Positions 36,590-48,786 of a stretch of DNA of 64,000 nt are shown one piece after another; positions within the stretch are counted from its first letter, which is position 1; each line of letters starts with the position of its first letter. A program made the translations under genes and the position numbers. The notes beneath the pieces are model-generated. The model worked only from the letters and a program-made list of their open reading frames with translations, was not told the DNA's origin and did not search any database. Origin of the DNA: Felis catus (lineage: Eukaryota); NCBI RefSeq assembly GCF_018350175.1, contig NC_058368.1:218304001-218368000 (forward strand), given 5' to 3'.

Positions 36590-39191
36590 AAGTTTAGAGA
36601 CCAACTGAGGGTTGCTGGAGGGGAGGTAAATGGGGGGATGGGTTAAATGGGTGATGACTATTAGGAGTACACTTGTGATGAACACTGGCTTTTAGTGTTG
36701 AACCACTAAATTCTGCACCTGAAACTAATATTACACTAATGTCAACCAACTGGAATTTAAGCAAAAAACTAAAAAAAACCCTAAAACCTAAAAACTAAAA
36801 AATACATAAGTGCAACTGACAAAATACATAAGTGAATACATAAATACATAAGTGAAACTAAAAAAAATACATAAGTGCAAGATGACAGTAAAAGTACATA
36901 TTTATATTCTTCAGATGTATAGAGGCATTGTAGGTCCCCAACATAAATCATATTCAAGAAATCTAGATTTTTGATAACACAGAACTGAAAAATGTGCTTA
37001 AGATCAGAAAACTATATCCCAATAATAAAATGTCCTCAATCTATGAAAAAACCTTCACCAAAAAGAAATGAAATAAACACTGCATATAGCAAAGTATTTG
37101 GAGTACTAATAAACAAATAATAAAATTACTATCAGATTTCAAAAGTAGAAAACAATGATACTCATTAAATGCTGAAAGAAATGTAAATTGGAGCAACTTA
37201 CAGTGTATCATAAAATAAAAATTTATCTGATGCTTTCTCCATCAATTTTAATTATAGAAATATCACCCAAGACCAAAATTGGAAAGAATAAAATATGTTA
37301 TAGAAGAATTCTTAACCAAGAATCAAAAAATGAAAGCTATATTAATAATTATAAGACACCTATAGCTTAGTATATTTTGCCAAAATATAGACTAGTGAAC
37401 ATATATTGGCATGCAAAGATGTTCCTGATTATATCAAATGATATATGAGAAAAATACACATACACTACTCCCAAAGACACACAGTAGCTGTAAAGTGTCA
37501 TAACAAGATCAGACTCTGAATAACTACTTATTTCTTAGTGAGAAGCTTTGTTCTATAATTAATAGGTGATCAGACACATTGATGTTTGAAATTCTATCAG
37601 TAAGAAACATTCTCTCTTGCCTGGAGAATCTTGATCGTATCAACACTGAGAATCAGCCTCCATTTAATCCCGGGTGCATATCAGTGGTTCCTGGACAGAA
37701 CATTATATATCTATTTTAAATTTGTAGTTTCGAAGTACATAGGGACCCTGAGGTCACTTTATGGTCTAGACCTGATTTTGACCCCTTATACATAGCCTAG
37801 GGTTACTTTGACCCATCAAAATACTGCTTCATCTGAATTTCACCTAATGTATTTTTCTCCAAATCCTTTAATTTCCAAGTTTTTCCTTTGTTGAGTAAGA
37901 TACCCACAATTTTTCCTTGATGCAAATAGTGCTGTGTTTAGCCAGTGTCAGGAGCTCAGCCGAGCTAGGCAAGAGCTGAGCTGCAGAGTATGAAAGTGGC
38001 CAATTGAAGCAACTTTGAGCCAGATGAAAGTAACAGTGGATGAAGACTCCAATCATTTATCATGATAGTATAAGGAAGAGGCCAAAACCAGAGAAAGGTT
38101 TAACTCTCCCCTGTTTGATTTCTACCCATGAAGCAATACACTTATGGAGAATCAGGTGGACCAGCAAAGATGTGGGTCCTTTCTCACAATTGAGGAAGTC
38201 CCAAATAAAAGTTTTTGACAGTTTTATGGATCTACTGCTTGGGTGAAAGGGCCAGGGGAGAGGGTTACGAGTGGAAAAGTACTGTATACTGAGGTACAGT
38301 GGATAAAGTATCTTCAGGATTTCCATCCCCTCCCTTCCCCCATGTAAATATGCAAAGAACATGATCAGCAAAAGCTATACTCCTCAGTCAGAACACAATT
38401 TTGTCCCTTACTGTTTTAGCTGACTGGTTTAAGGCAATGCATGGATGTGAGTGCATGTGCACACAGACAGACAGACAAACACACACACACACCTACACAC
38501 TTACACATCTAAACAAAAACAGTTCGTGATGGGTATAGATGGAGGAAAATTCCATTTTTATATTTGCTTGTTTAAACATTCAAATTTTGTTTATTAAACT
38601 GATATTACTAAGCAATATTGCACTAATAAAAGTTGGGGAAAATGTGAAATAAAGATAAATAGAGCCACTAAGAAATTAATGTTTGTTTAAAATAATGATG
38701 ACATGAAACCATTTTATAAGTCCACAAAAGACAATAAAATTGTTCACTATCTCTGAAATTAAAAGTAATGAACCTGCTTAATGAGGAGCAATTGTCTAAG
38801 GGAATTTTGAATAATCAAAGAACTAAGTATACTTAAAAAATAAGACTCCCTTTTGTTTGAAGAAAACACAAATACAATTTGTCTACATATTCTTGGATAC
38901 AGAAAAATGTTTTTCAACAGTCTGCATATTTCAAGATTGTTAACAGAAACACATTTAGAAACATGAAATGCATTTCAGAGTGCATAGACTCCAGCTAAAT
39001 TATTTTTTCAATAATACTCCGACTTCCATAATTGAAATATGAGCTTCTACTCCTCACTTTCTATATACATAATATGTTCCACAGAAACTTAGCAAATAAA
39101 GAAATATGGGATTGGAAAAATATTATTAAAAGGGTTTGGTACATTGTAGGACAGAAAGCTTAGATATGTGTATATTAGTTTTCTATTGATT

Positions 39192-39578
39192 TGTCATATG
39201 AGATAAAGAAAATTTCTGCTTAAAACGTACATGCGCACAAAGGCCAGCCTGCTGCTGATCATAAGTCCGCTTGAACCTAAAGGACTCATCTCTGGGAGAT
39301 GAAGTCTGGCTTCATGTCCAAATAAATGACATCATGCTACAATAATAACCAATCCCAAAAAAGACTTTTCAATTACATTCTGTAACTAATCCAATTGGTA
39401 TTTTTCTGAATCCAATCTTATTTAAAATGAAATTCCTCCTTCCTGCATTCTAACTGCCCCTTAGACTACATATGCAGAAATATTCAGTCTACTTATTCTA
39501 TATTATGGGCTCTCTTGGCCTAATAAACTAATAAATTCCATCTTGATTTAAATGAATTTTTGCCTCTATTTTCCAACA
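39192..39578 (+). mobile_element. Possible solo LTR (ERV1-like)
   Basis: Starts TGT, ends CCAACA, several CCAAT motifs, tandem AATAAA near 39522-39535; no clear TSD. Confidence 0.35.
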
Positions 39579-40980
39579 TCCTCCCACCACCAAAAAACAT
39601 GATTTCAGATGAATTTTACATGCTATCTACACCAAAATATTAAATAAATTGTAATTTAAAAATCTTTCAGCATACAGCTGATGTTTTTGCTTTTGAGAAC
39701 CCAACTCTTCTTCTTACTTTTTTTTTTGGTTTTTACATTGATTTTGTGTCTCTTGTCATAAGGCATATCTAGTCTGCCTCTCTCTACAGAAGTTCAAATT
39801 GGCTAGATCATCCCATTCTTTACCCCATGCTTGACAGGGAGTGGCTAAGTAACATGAGCACTGCCGAACCACTCTTTCTTTTTATGATTGTTAATTTGGG
39901 AAATTTTTGAAGACATCATGTAGGGAATTTGAGGAGGTGAGTTAAAGCTAGCACATAACAATGAATATATAAAATCCTGTATCATGGGGATACATTGATC
40001 TTATCTGTCTAACTGATATGATTGTGGTTGCTACTGCCTGTATCTTTGGAATTTTCTCAGTTCATTACCTCCTACCGCCTACATTTTTCAAATTGTCTTT
40101 TCCAATTACTTTCAATTGATTTTACTTAATTTTCTCCATGCATTTAAAAAATATATATCTGAGGTCACATCATATCATTTGTAATTTATAATCCTGCCTG
40201 GTAGATAAGCTGCTATAAACAGTGGCTGTAGGCAAAAGAACTGGGGCTAGTGAAGTGAGGGACTGAAAAATAACGAAATGGCTTAGATTAGGCAGAAGCC
40301 TATAAACACCTATTCATAATACAAGCTGGCAAATTAGCTGACGATTTGGAATCAAATGCTCATTGAGGTAAGCTCTTGCAGAATGAATTTTTGAAATCCA
40401 AGAATTCTGAATGAAAGAGGATGAAAGTGGCTGTTTTTGACAGTGTTCTGCAGGCTAGAGAAAACTTAAGACCAAACACATACACACACACACACACTCA
40501 CACGCACACATTAAATAACCTCCAAATTTTGCAGCTCAAATCAGGAACTAAATTCAGGAATATTCTATAGCAGTGGAGGAACAACGTTTGAAATGGCTAA
40601 CCTCTTCAGAACACAGAGGACTAGACATCACACTCAGAATTTGGCATGGTAGGTTGTCACATTAGAACCTCCACTGGTGAATTCTAGCCTGGTTTTAATA
40701 TACACAGTCCAAATAAATAAAGATGATAGAGATTCCCTGGTGTAATCAAGAACAATCTTTCTCAATAACTTTTAATTCATGTCAAAATAAAATTTAGCAT
40801 TTACATGATATCCTAGAATAAGTAGAAAAGATTAATCATAGCTCTAAAAGACCAATCCAGGGGCCTAGCCCTTCCTAGTCCTTCCTATCCCTTCTAGGAA
40901 TTGGAGGGGGGGGGTGGATATAAGCACAACTGTATGACAGGTACCACACCTCATGTTGAGGGAAATAAATATAAATATTT

Positions 40981-41195
40981 TTAAAATATTTTTAAAAGTT
41001 TATTATTTATTTAGTTAGTTAGAGAGAATGAGTGAGCAGGGGAGGGGAAAAGAGTGAGAGAGAGCGAATCCCAAGCAGGCTCTGCACTGTCAGTTCAGGG
41101 TCCGATGCAAGTATCTAACCCACAAACTGTGAGATCATGACCTGAGTCGAAATCAAGAGTCAGCCGCTTAACCAGCTAAGCCACCCAGACACCCC
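40981..41195 (-). mobile_element. Can-SINE
   Basis: Body ending gccacccagacacccc; taaatattt on both flanks. Confidence 0.93.
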
Positions 41196-41426
41196 TAGGA
41201 AATCTAAATATTTAGAAAGATGGAATTTTTGGGTCACATGTTTGGGTTTAAATAACCTTTAACTATGATTTGTAAAATAGTGTAGAAAAATGTCTCATTA
41301 CTGAAGATTTTATGCATACTTTCAGTGGGAGGAAATTTCAACATCCATGGAAACCTTACTGGTAGGTAAGATTCTCTCTGCTGGAGAAGATAGTATGAAC
41401 TGCAATAATTTAAAGGACTCTGTGGT

Positions 41427-41658
41427 GGGGTGCCTGGGTGGCTCAGTCGGTTAAGTGTCTGACTCCAGCTCAGGTCATGATTTCACAGCTCACGGGTTTG
41501 AGGCTCAGGTCATGATCTCATGGCTCATGGGTTTGAGTCCTGCATTGGCCTCTCTGCTGACAGATCAGAGCCTGGAGACTGCTTCAGATTCTGTGTCTGT
41601 CTCTGCCACACATCCCCCACCCCCTCTCTTTTAAATATAAATAAACATTAATGTTTTT
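41427..41658 (+). mobile_element. Can-SINE with 35-bp internal tandem duplication
   Basis: Copies at 41468-41502 and 41503-41537. Confidence 0.95.
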
Positions 41659-42052
41659 AAATGGGATCTGTGATGCTGATACAATCATTTTTGGTGGTTA
41701 TGTGGTCATGGCTTTCCTTAGAAATAAACAGATGAGCAATCTACTCAATTTTGCCTTCCTTTAAAAATTCATCAATTTAAGACTAGTAAGTAAAAGTTAT
41801 AACAGAGAGAAAGGGTAGAGAATCATGATTTCCTCCCCACCCCAACCATCCACCATATTTGTGTCAAATCAGAGATGTGATGCTTGCAGAATGAAATGTG
41901 TTAGATTCTATTATTTTGTCCATGTATTTTCTTTACTCGGTCCTATGACTAAATAGCCTCTGCCATCTGTCTCTCCCTTTGAGAAGGCTATACAGGCTTG
42001 GCCACTGACATATTAATAGAAAGTGATATCTTCCATTGGTAAGTAAAAGTTT

Positions 42053-42272
42053 AATTTTTTTTTACATTTATTTATTTTTTAAGAAATAGAGTGAGACAAA
42101 GCATGAGTGGGCGAGGGGCAGAGAGAGAAGGAGACACAGAATCTGAAGCAGGCTCCAGGCTCTGAGCAAGTGGTCAGCACAGAGCCTGATGTGGGGCTCA
42201 AACCCACGAACTGTGAGATCATGACCTGAGCTGAAGTTGGACGCTCAACTGACTGAGCCACCCAGGCGCCCC
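42053..42272 (-). mobile_element. Can-SINE
   Basis: TSD attggtaagtaaaagttt at 42035-42052 and 42274-42291. Confidence 0.97.
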
Positions 42273-43475
42273 AATTGGTAAGTAAAAGTTTTAAAAGGCA
42301 ATTGTGGTAATGGCTCTTTTCTCCTGACCCTAAAAATGACATGTTTCAAAATGAGTTATTTCCTTAAGATGCATCCCTGAATGAAGAAAACGGGTGAAGT
42401 AGAGTCACAGTCAACATGCAACATGAGAAAAATAAAATAAATTTTCATTGTGGATTTTTGATTTGCCAATGAGGCATAGCCTAGTAAAGGCTGATGAGGT
42501 CAGAAAGGTGTCCAAGTATACTTAAAACATGGATATGCAGGAACAACTCAAACAATACTGGATACTGATGGGTTTATTTCTAATAGCTTTATCTAAAGGA
42601 TCTCTGGATAAGGCATTTAAATATACATTGAAGTAAGAAAAGCTCAGAACTTTCTGGAAATTTCATGAACTAGTTCTAAATTGTCACCAATTCCTGGAAA
42701 CTCACAATATCACTGCAACCCAATAATTAAAATACAGACATTGAATTTTGTTGGCTAATGACATTTTGACTTTAGTTACATTCATGGTTACCCCAAAAGA
42801 ACCCAAAGACCATTCTCCAGTGTCTAAATATAATATTTCTCCAGTGTCTAAATATAAAATTAGAATATTTTGGGTCAGAAATTGTCAAAATTTGTTATTT
42901 CTCTCTGATTCAGCAGCGAAGTCAGGAAATCTAAGAAGATGATCCATGAAGGAAGTGATTGAGCTCTTATATGAAAAGTGAGTAGGGGGTTTTGAAGTGA
43001 GAAGGTGGGGGGGGGGGTATCATCCAAACACAGGAAGTAGTATGGAAAGTAAAAAATGGTAACTTCTAAAGAAGGAAATAAGGCCACTACTACCAGAACA
43101 AAGAATGGAATGGGTGGGACACCTGTGCATTTTTATTAAGACTATGGCTATGCTAAGAGCTGTAAATACGATTAAACCTATTTTAGCCACATGATTAAAC
43201 TTTCATTTTGTAGTTATCATTTGGCTTGGGTGTTCAGAATTAGCCAGCAGGGGGCAAAAAAAAGGAAACAGTTAGACACATTTCTATACTAAGGTCCAAT
43301 TCCAATTACTAGACACCTGCAGTAGCATATACTTGAGAATGATGTGGGGTAGAGCAAATTGGACAGAGAGATATCAAAACATATCAAAAATGAAAATCAG
43401 AGAAACTTAGAGGTAGATTGCTTAAGAAAGTTAAGAGCAAAAGAAGTAAAAACTAAAGCTTGGATTTTTGGGTGG

Positions 43476-43476
<1 letters not shown>

Positions 43477-43526
<50 letters not shown>
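43477..43526. repeat. (CA)n microsatellite
   Basis: Read directly from sequence. Confidence 0.97.
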
Positions 43527-43528
<2 letters not shown>

Positions 43529-43669
43529 CTCTTCTTTTTCCTTAGAAATTTCTGTTTTGTTATCTTGATTACAGCGTTGTTTTTCCCACACTTTAGAAGT
43601 CATTCTTATATTTCTATGGCTTTATGACATAAATCCCAATAGTTGAAAACTGTTAATTTCCTTCATTTT

Positions 43670-44210
43670 TTTCTCAATTTTAAACATTTTATTACATGTA
43701 AGTACATAGAGAAATTTCTAAAGGTACAGGTTGATAGATTTTCACAAAGAGAACACACCCTTATAACCAGCACCCTCACCCCACACCACAAAATATTAAC
43801 TAAAACCAAGAAGCCTCATAAAGTCACCTTCCAAGAGTAACTGCTATTCTGACTTTTTCTTTTTCTTTATTCTTTTTTTTTTTTTTTGAGAGAGGGCACA
43901 AATGAGAGGGGGGCAGAGAGAGAGGGAGAGAGAAAGAGAGAAAAACAGGGCTCACCTGAAGCCTGGTTTGTATTTTCATCAGAAGTGGGGCTCATGCTCA
44001 CTAGAAGCAGGGCTTGAGCTGACCCAATGGAACTCATAAACCCTGCGATCATGACCTGAACTGAAGTCAGGTACTTAACCGACCAAGCCAACTAGGTGCC
44101 CTATTCTGACTTCTAATAGCCCAGTTTTAGTCTTGGCGTTTTTCAAATTCATATATATTGCAAAAAAGTACAACAGTGTGCTAAGTTTTACTTTTGCTTT
44201 TCATAGTGTT
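43670..44210 (-). mobile_element. L1ME-type 3' end, antisense, interrupted by a SINE
   Basis: ttttcacaaagagaacacacccttataaccagcacc...taactgctattctgacttctaatagc. Confidence 0.65.
43856..44100 (-). mobile_element. Can-SINE variant with internal ~22-24-bp repeats
   Basis: TSD ctattctgactt at 43844-43855 and 44101-44112. Confidence 0.9.
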
Positions 44211-45999
44211 TGTTTTACATTGTTTGTAGCTTTTAAATTTAATATAGATAAGTCATGTAATCCCATCCTACAACATTTTCTTTCATGCTTTTGTGGGCAT
44301 ATGGCTGATTGTTTCTTTGAAAATAGCAACTGAAGAAAACAGAGTGTGAGTAAAATATAAGGAAAATTGAAGGCATGTACATGTCAGAAAGAGAAATTTC
44401 AAGATAAGTTATATGTGTTTTCATAATGTTTGAATACTCTATTGCTGGTTTTTGCAATAGAATTCTAATTTGTTTTTAGTAGGTTGTCAATATATAATGA
44501 CAAGCCATGGTGATATTCACTTTATTTTTAATCATCACTACAAAGATTTTATTATAATATCAAAGAAGAATTTTAATATTTATTGCTTTGCCAGTAGCTG
44601 TTCTAAATTCTTTAATGAGTGATTTCCTCAAGATCAGACAACTAACTGTTCAGGTTAGAATTCTAGCATGAAAGGATGGCTTCAGACACCCCCACACTCT
44701 TAGTTCAAGAATCTGAATGCATTATCTCTGGTAGTTCAGAAAGTAGATCTGGTGGAATTTTTAATACTCTAGTCTTGCAAGTTACAAGGAAGAGTATCTG
44801 TAAGATATTTAAACTAATCCATATTCCTGAATATTTTTAACTGAACCTTAAACCCATTTCCAAAAATTATTATGCTTACTTAATAAGAAACTGTTTAACC
44901 AATATGAAACATTTTAGTCCAATACACTAATCAGAAAACTGCCGATTGTTGAATGAAATTGGCTAATAGAAGCATATTTAATAGTTTAATTCACAACATC
45001 ATTCTTTCTCTTATAAAGCTAGTTGACTGCCTTCAAACTGTGATTTCTTGGTAGAATTTGTTATCTAACCACACTTAGAATTAAACTTAAAATAACTGAC
45101 ATAATCCTAAACCTTTCACATTGATCATACCAAATTATATGAAATAGGTTGTCTCAAAAAAGGACTGCTATCAATGAGAATAAAATATACTCAAGATTAT
45201 GGTATTAGATGCAGAGTATGATTTTAATGTAATGATTCATTTTATTTAAAGAAAATTTCCCTAAGATCTTAGCAAGCCTAAAGCTCCAATAAAACGCAGG
45301 AAAATTATATTTAAACTATTTAAAAAAATTATTCTTTGGCTGTCATACCTGGCAGCAGGATTTCATGCACATTACAGAAGAGAGATTTAATTATGGTTGT
45401 TTTACTGCAAAAAGCTCATCACTTGCAAAGAGAAAATTGATGAATAGAATATATTATTATTAAATTTTAGATTATGAGTATATATTGATTTTGAAATGTA
45501 GGTTTTGGCAATTTTATCAGAGCCCATCAAAACTTTAAAACAATATTTTGAGAAAGTATTACTCTGGGGGAATATATATATACTGTTCATTTATCCTTGG
45601 TTTTAGTAGAAGTACCACTTAGTAATTTCAAGAAGTGAAAATGATGTATCTCCATCACTTTTTTTTATCTGAATTTCATTGCCCTTGAAGTTTCCTGCCA
45701 AGAACTGTTTTTGTGGCCATGCATTTAAATGTTACCTTGTCTACCTGGCCTGGGGCCAGTGATGAGAACAAGTCATATCTTATATAAAGCCACATACAAT
45801 TCCTTAAACTAAAGGAAAACAAATTTTTAAAAGTAAAAAGGATAGAACTTTAAAAGTAAAAAGGTGTGGTTGATGTTGAAAATGTCTGCTTTGAGCACTT
45901 TTATGATATGGACATTTCTTAAGCCCTTTGTGTCTATAAAGACCCCATTTGTTGCTTTGATGTGTTCAAATCGAAGATGTTATTCTTGGAAGCTTAATT

Positions 46000-46560
46000 T
46001 CTCTCCTAGCCTATGTCATAAACTTGACTGTTACATAGCACGTAGGTTCTAACATCTTCCCTACCTTGCCCATTTTTTCTAACCTTCTCTTATTAACTAC
46101 CTTCAGTGCTGTGCTCCAAGCTCAGTGATCTTGCTATCCTATAAGAAAACTAAATTCTTTCCCACTTTTGGTCTTTTGTACCTACTCTTATGGCTACCTG
46201 AAGGTATGTTTCTCTTTACTCTTCATGTGGTGGAAGCCTTCTTATTCTCCACTGTTCAGTTTAAATGTCATATTCCCAGGGAGGCAATCAATGGATAATG
46301 TATCTCACTGAGTTCCCTTGTTGCCAAAATCTGAAGGCTTCTTCACATCCTGTTATTCTCTATCATTACAGCTGTTTCCATAATTTTGTGTATTGCATGT
46401 TCTCATCACGACCTGTGTTTTTATACAGGGATATAGATAGATACAGATGTATGTCGACAAAAAATTTGCTTACTATCTCCTAATTTGCTTTAATTTATGT
46501 ACTGTGTATTGCTCTGTGTTTTATTGTATCAATGGTAAATATTAAACCTGACACAGAATG
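46000..46560 (+). mobile_element. LINE-2 fragment
   Basis: Pyrimidine-rich L2-like text (cagtttaaatgtcatattcccagggaggc). Confidence 0.5.
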
Positions 46561-47417
46561 CAAATCGTATTATGTGGTAATTTGTCATGGTTGTTCTTAA
46601 TCTTGATCTATTCTAAAAATCTATTGAAAATTTCCTTCATTTATGTTATAGTTAGGCCTAAAAGGAAAACATTTCCAGAGACTAAACAAAGTTACTAGAA
46701 AATACACACTCTGGAACAAAGAGGTAAATATAAGCATTCCCTAACCAGATAGGTAAATCTTCATTATTTCTACTCAGATTATCTTTATAGTAATATCTCC
46801 ATCACATCCTTATTCCTATTTCCCATTACTGGAACCTTGTTTATTTGCTATTACTTGAACAAAGATGGCATCTTCCAGTGTTTGCTCAATTATTGTATTG
46901 CCTTTGCCCACCATTATTTTTTGACATATGTTGTTCCTTATTTTCCTGAAATGCCATTACTTTCATTATTCTTCCAACTCAGAAGTAAGTATTCTTTATT
47001 ATTCACTCTCATAACTCCATGTGATTTAACCTCTCTTTTAGTTTTAATCTCAATTGAAAAATTTAGCAACCTATCATGGAACAAGAAAAAGCCTGAAAAA
47101 AGTCATCCTTAATGATGATTCTCTCAACATACATGTTCAATTAAATTTTCCAATATCCACCATGAATTTATCCACATTCCATCCATTTATCTCTATTCCA
47201 TGAACATTTCCCATCTTCATGTTGTATTGCAACTCAACAAGGCTACCACAATGTACAAAAGGCTTTCAATTTTTTTTTCTTCTCATCTTGGCCTCCTTGA
47301 AATGTTTCACAAAAGTTGCCAGGTTTAACAATGAAAATACCAGTGGGACACTGTTACCCCTTGAAACAAAACACCTCAGTCTTCCCTATTTTGTTCAAGG
47401 TCAAATCCAGTCTCTCT

Positions 47418-47788
47418 CTCTCTCTCTCTTTTTTAATATGAAATTTATTGTCAATTTGGTTTCCATACAACATCCAGTGCTCATTGCAACAGGTGCCCTC
47501 CTCAATGCCCATCACCCACTTTCCTCTCTCCCTCACCTCCCATCAATTCTCAGTTTGTTCTCAGTATTTAAGAGTCTCTTATGGTTTGCCTCCCTCCCTC
47601 TCTAACTTTTTTTTTCCTTCCCCTCCCCCATGGTCTTCTGTTAAATTTCTCAGGATCCACATAAGTGTGAAAACATATGGTATCTGTCTTTCTCTGGATG
47701 ACTTATTTCACTCAGTATAACCCTCTCCAGTTCCATCCATGTTGCTACAAAAGGCCATATTTCATTCTTTCTCATTGACACATCGTAT
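47418..47788 (-). mobile_element. 5'-truncated felid-type L1 3' end
   Basis: Reverse complement closely matches ~30050-30410 of the full-length L1; TSD tccagtctctct at 47406-47417 and 47789-47800. Confidence 0.95.
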
Positions 47789-48097
47789 TCCAGTCTCTCT
47801 GATCTGACAGATGAAACCTTCTAGGTTTGCTTTTGCTAGAATTCCCCCCTTTACCCTCCCTTTATTTCATTTGTCTATTTCCATACCCCAGTAATTCCAA
47901 ACTGCTTGACATTTTCCATAGCAGCATTTCTCATGCTGTTTCTTTACCTTGGGAGCCCTTTTCCTGACTCTCTTCCCTTCCTTAACTCTTGTACTTTACG
48001 ATCTGTCAGAGGGCATGTCCGAACTTAACCTCAGCCATCACAAGCAATCCCGATAGGTAGTTCCTCAGTTCTTCATACACTCCAATGCCACCATGCA

Positions 48098-48198
48098 TGT
48101 GTGTGTGTGTGTGTGTGTGTGTTTTTATAGTGTGTGTTTTTATATAGTGTTTATATAGTGTGTGTGTTTTTATAGTGTGTGTTTTATATAGTGTGTGT
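48098..48198. repeat. (TG)n grading into TTTATA(TA)GTGTG tandem repeat
   Basis: Read directly from sequence. Confidence 0.9.
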
Positions 48199-48231
48199 GC
48201 ATGTAAGTACATTTAAAAATTATATGAGAGC

Positions 48232-48417
48232 AGGTGATGGGTTAAATGGGTGATGAGTATCAAGGAGGGCACTTGTGATGAGTACTAGGTGGCCCTTGTC
48301 GTAATAAGTACTGGGTGTTATATGTAAGTGATGAATCACTAAATTCTACTCCTGAAACCAACATTACACTATATGCTACCTAACTAGAATTTAAATAAAA
48401 ACTTGAAACCAAAAAAA
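48232..48417 (+). mobile_element. Short L1_Carn-like 3'UTR insertion
   Basis: gatgggttaaatgggtgatg...tcactaaattctactcctgaaacc matches 36637-36770. Confidence 0.9.
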
Positions 48418-48619
48418 TGCATGAATTGCATTGCAATCCCACGTTTGTTGGTTTTTTTTAATGACCTTATATAACATTAAGCAAGATAAATCTCTGTGCA
48501 TCAATTTCTCCTCCGAGATATGAGAATCAAACCTAAATTAAGGGACTGTTATAGAGATATAACTAAACCATTTTTGACTCAAGGAAAGCATCTGCTGAAT
48601 GCTCCATGCTTATTTTGTT

Positions 48620-48786
48620 GTGATTATTATTTGTATCATGAACATCTGTCTCTTTGTCCGTCTCTCCCCCAGACTGTCAACTCCTGGAAGACAGAATTCA
48701 TGTCTTATTTATTTTGATGTCAGCATAGTGTAGAACAATGGCAAGCACATACACTTATTCAAAACTTTGTTTAGTTAATGAATAAA
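48620..48786 (+). mobile_element. LINE-2 3' end
   Basis: ccagactgtcaactcctggaagacagaattcatgtcttattt...ttaatgaataaa. Confidence 0.75.

Larger units (their letters stand above)
32551..36800 (+). mobile_element. Older carnivore LINE-1 (L1_Carn-like), 5'-truncated in ORF2 endonuclease
   Basis: Colinear with ORF2 of the full-length copy, many stops; 3'UTR gagggttgctggagggg; TSD aa(g/t)acataagtgc at 32538-32550 and 36801-36813. Confidence 0.93.

Noticed and set aside
36792..36880. Short direct repeats with spacers, superficially CRISPR-like
   Set aside because: Mammalian DNA, irregular short spacers, no cas genes; explained by TSD amplification.
42813..42857. Small tandem duplications (also 45826-45864 and 60721-60768)
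   Set aside because: Ordinary ~23-27-bp slippage duplications with no sign of function.
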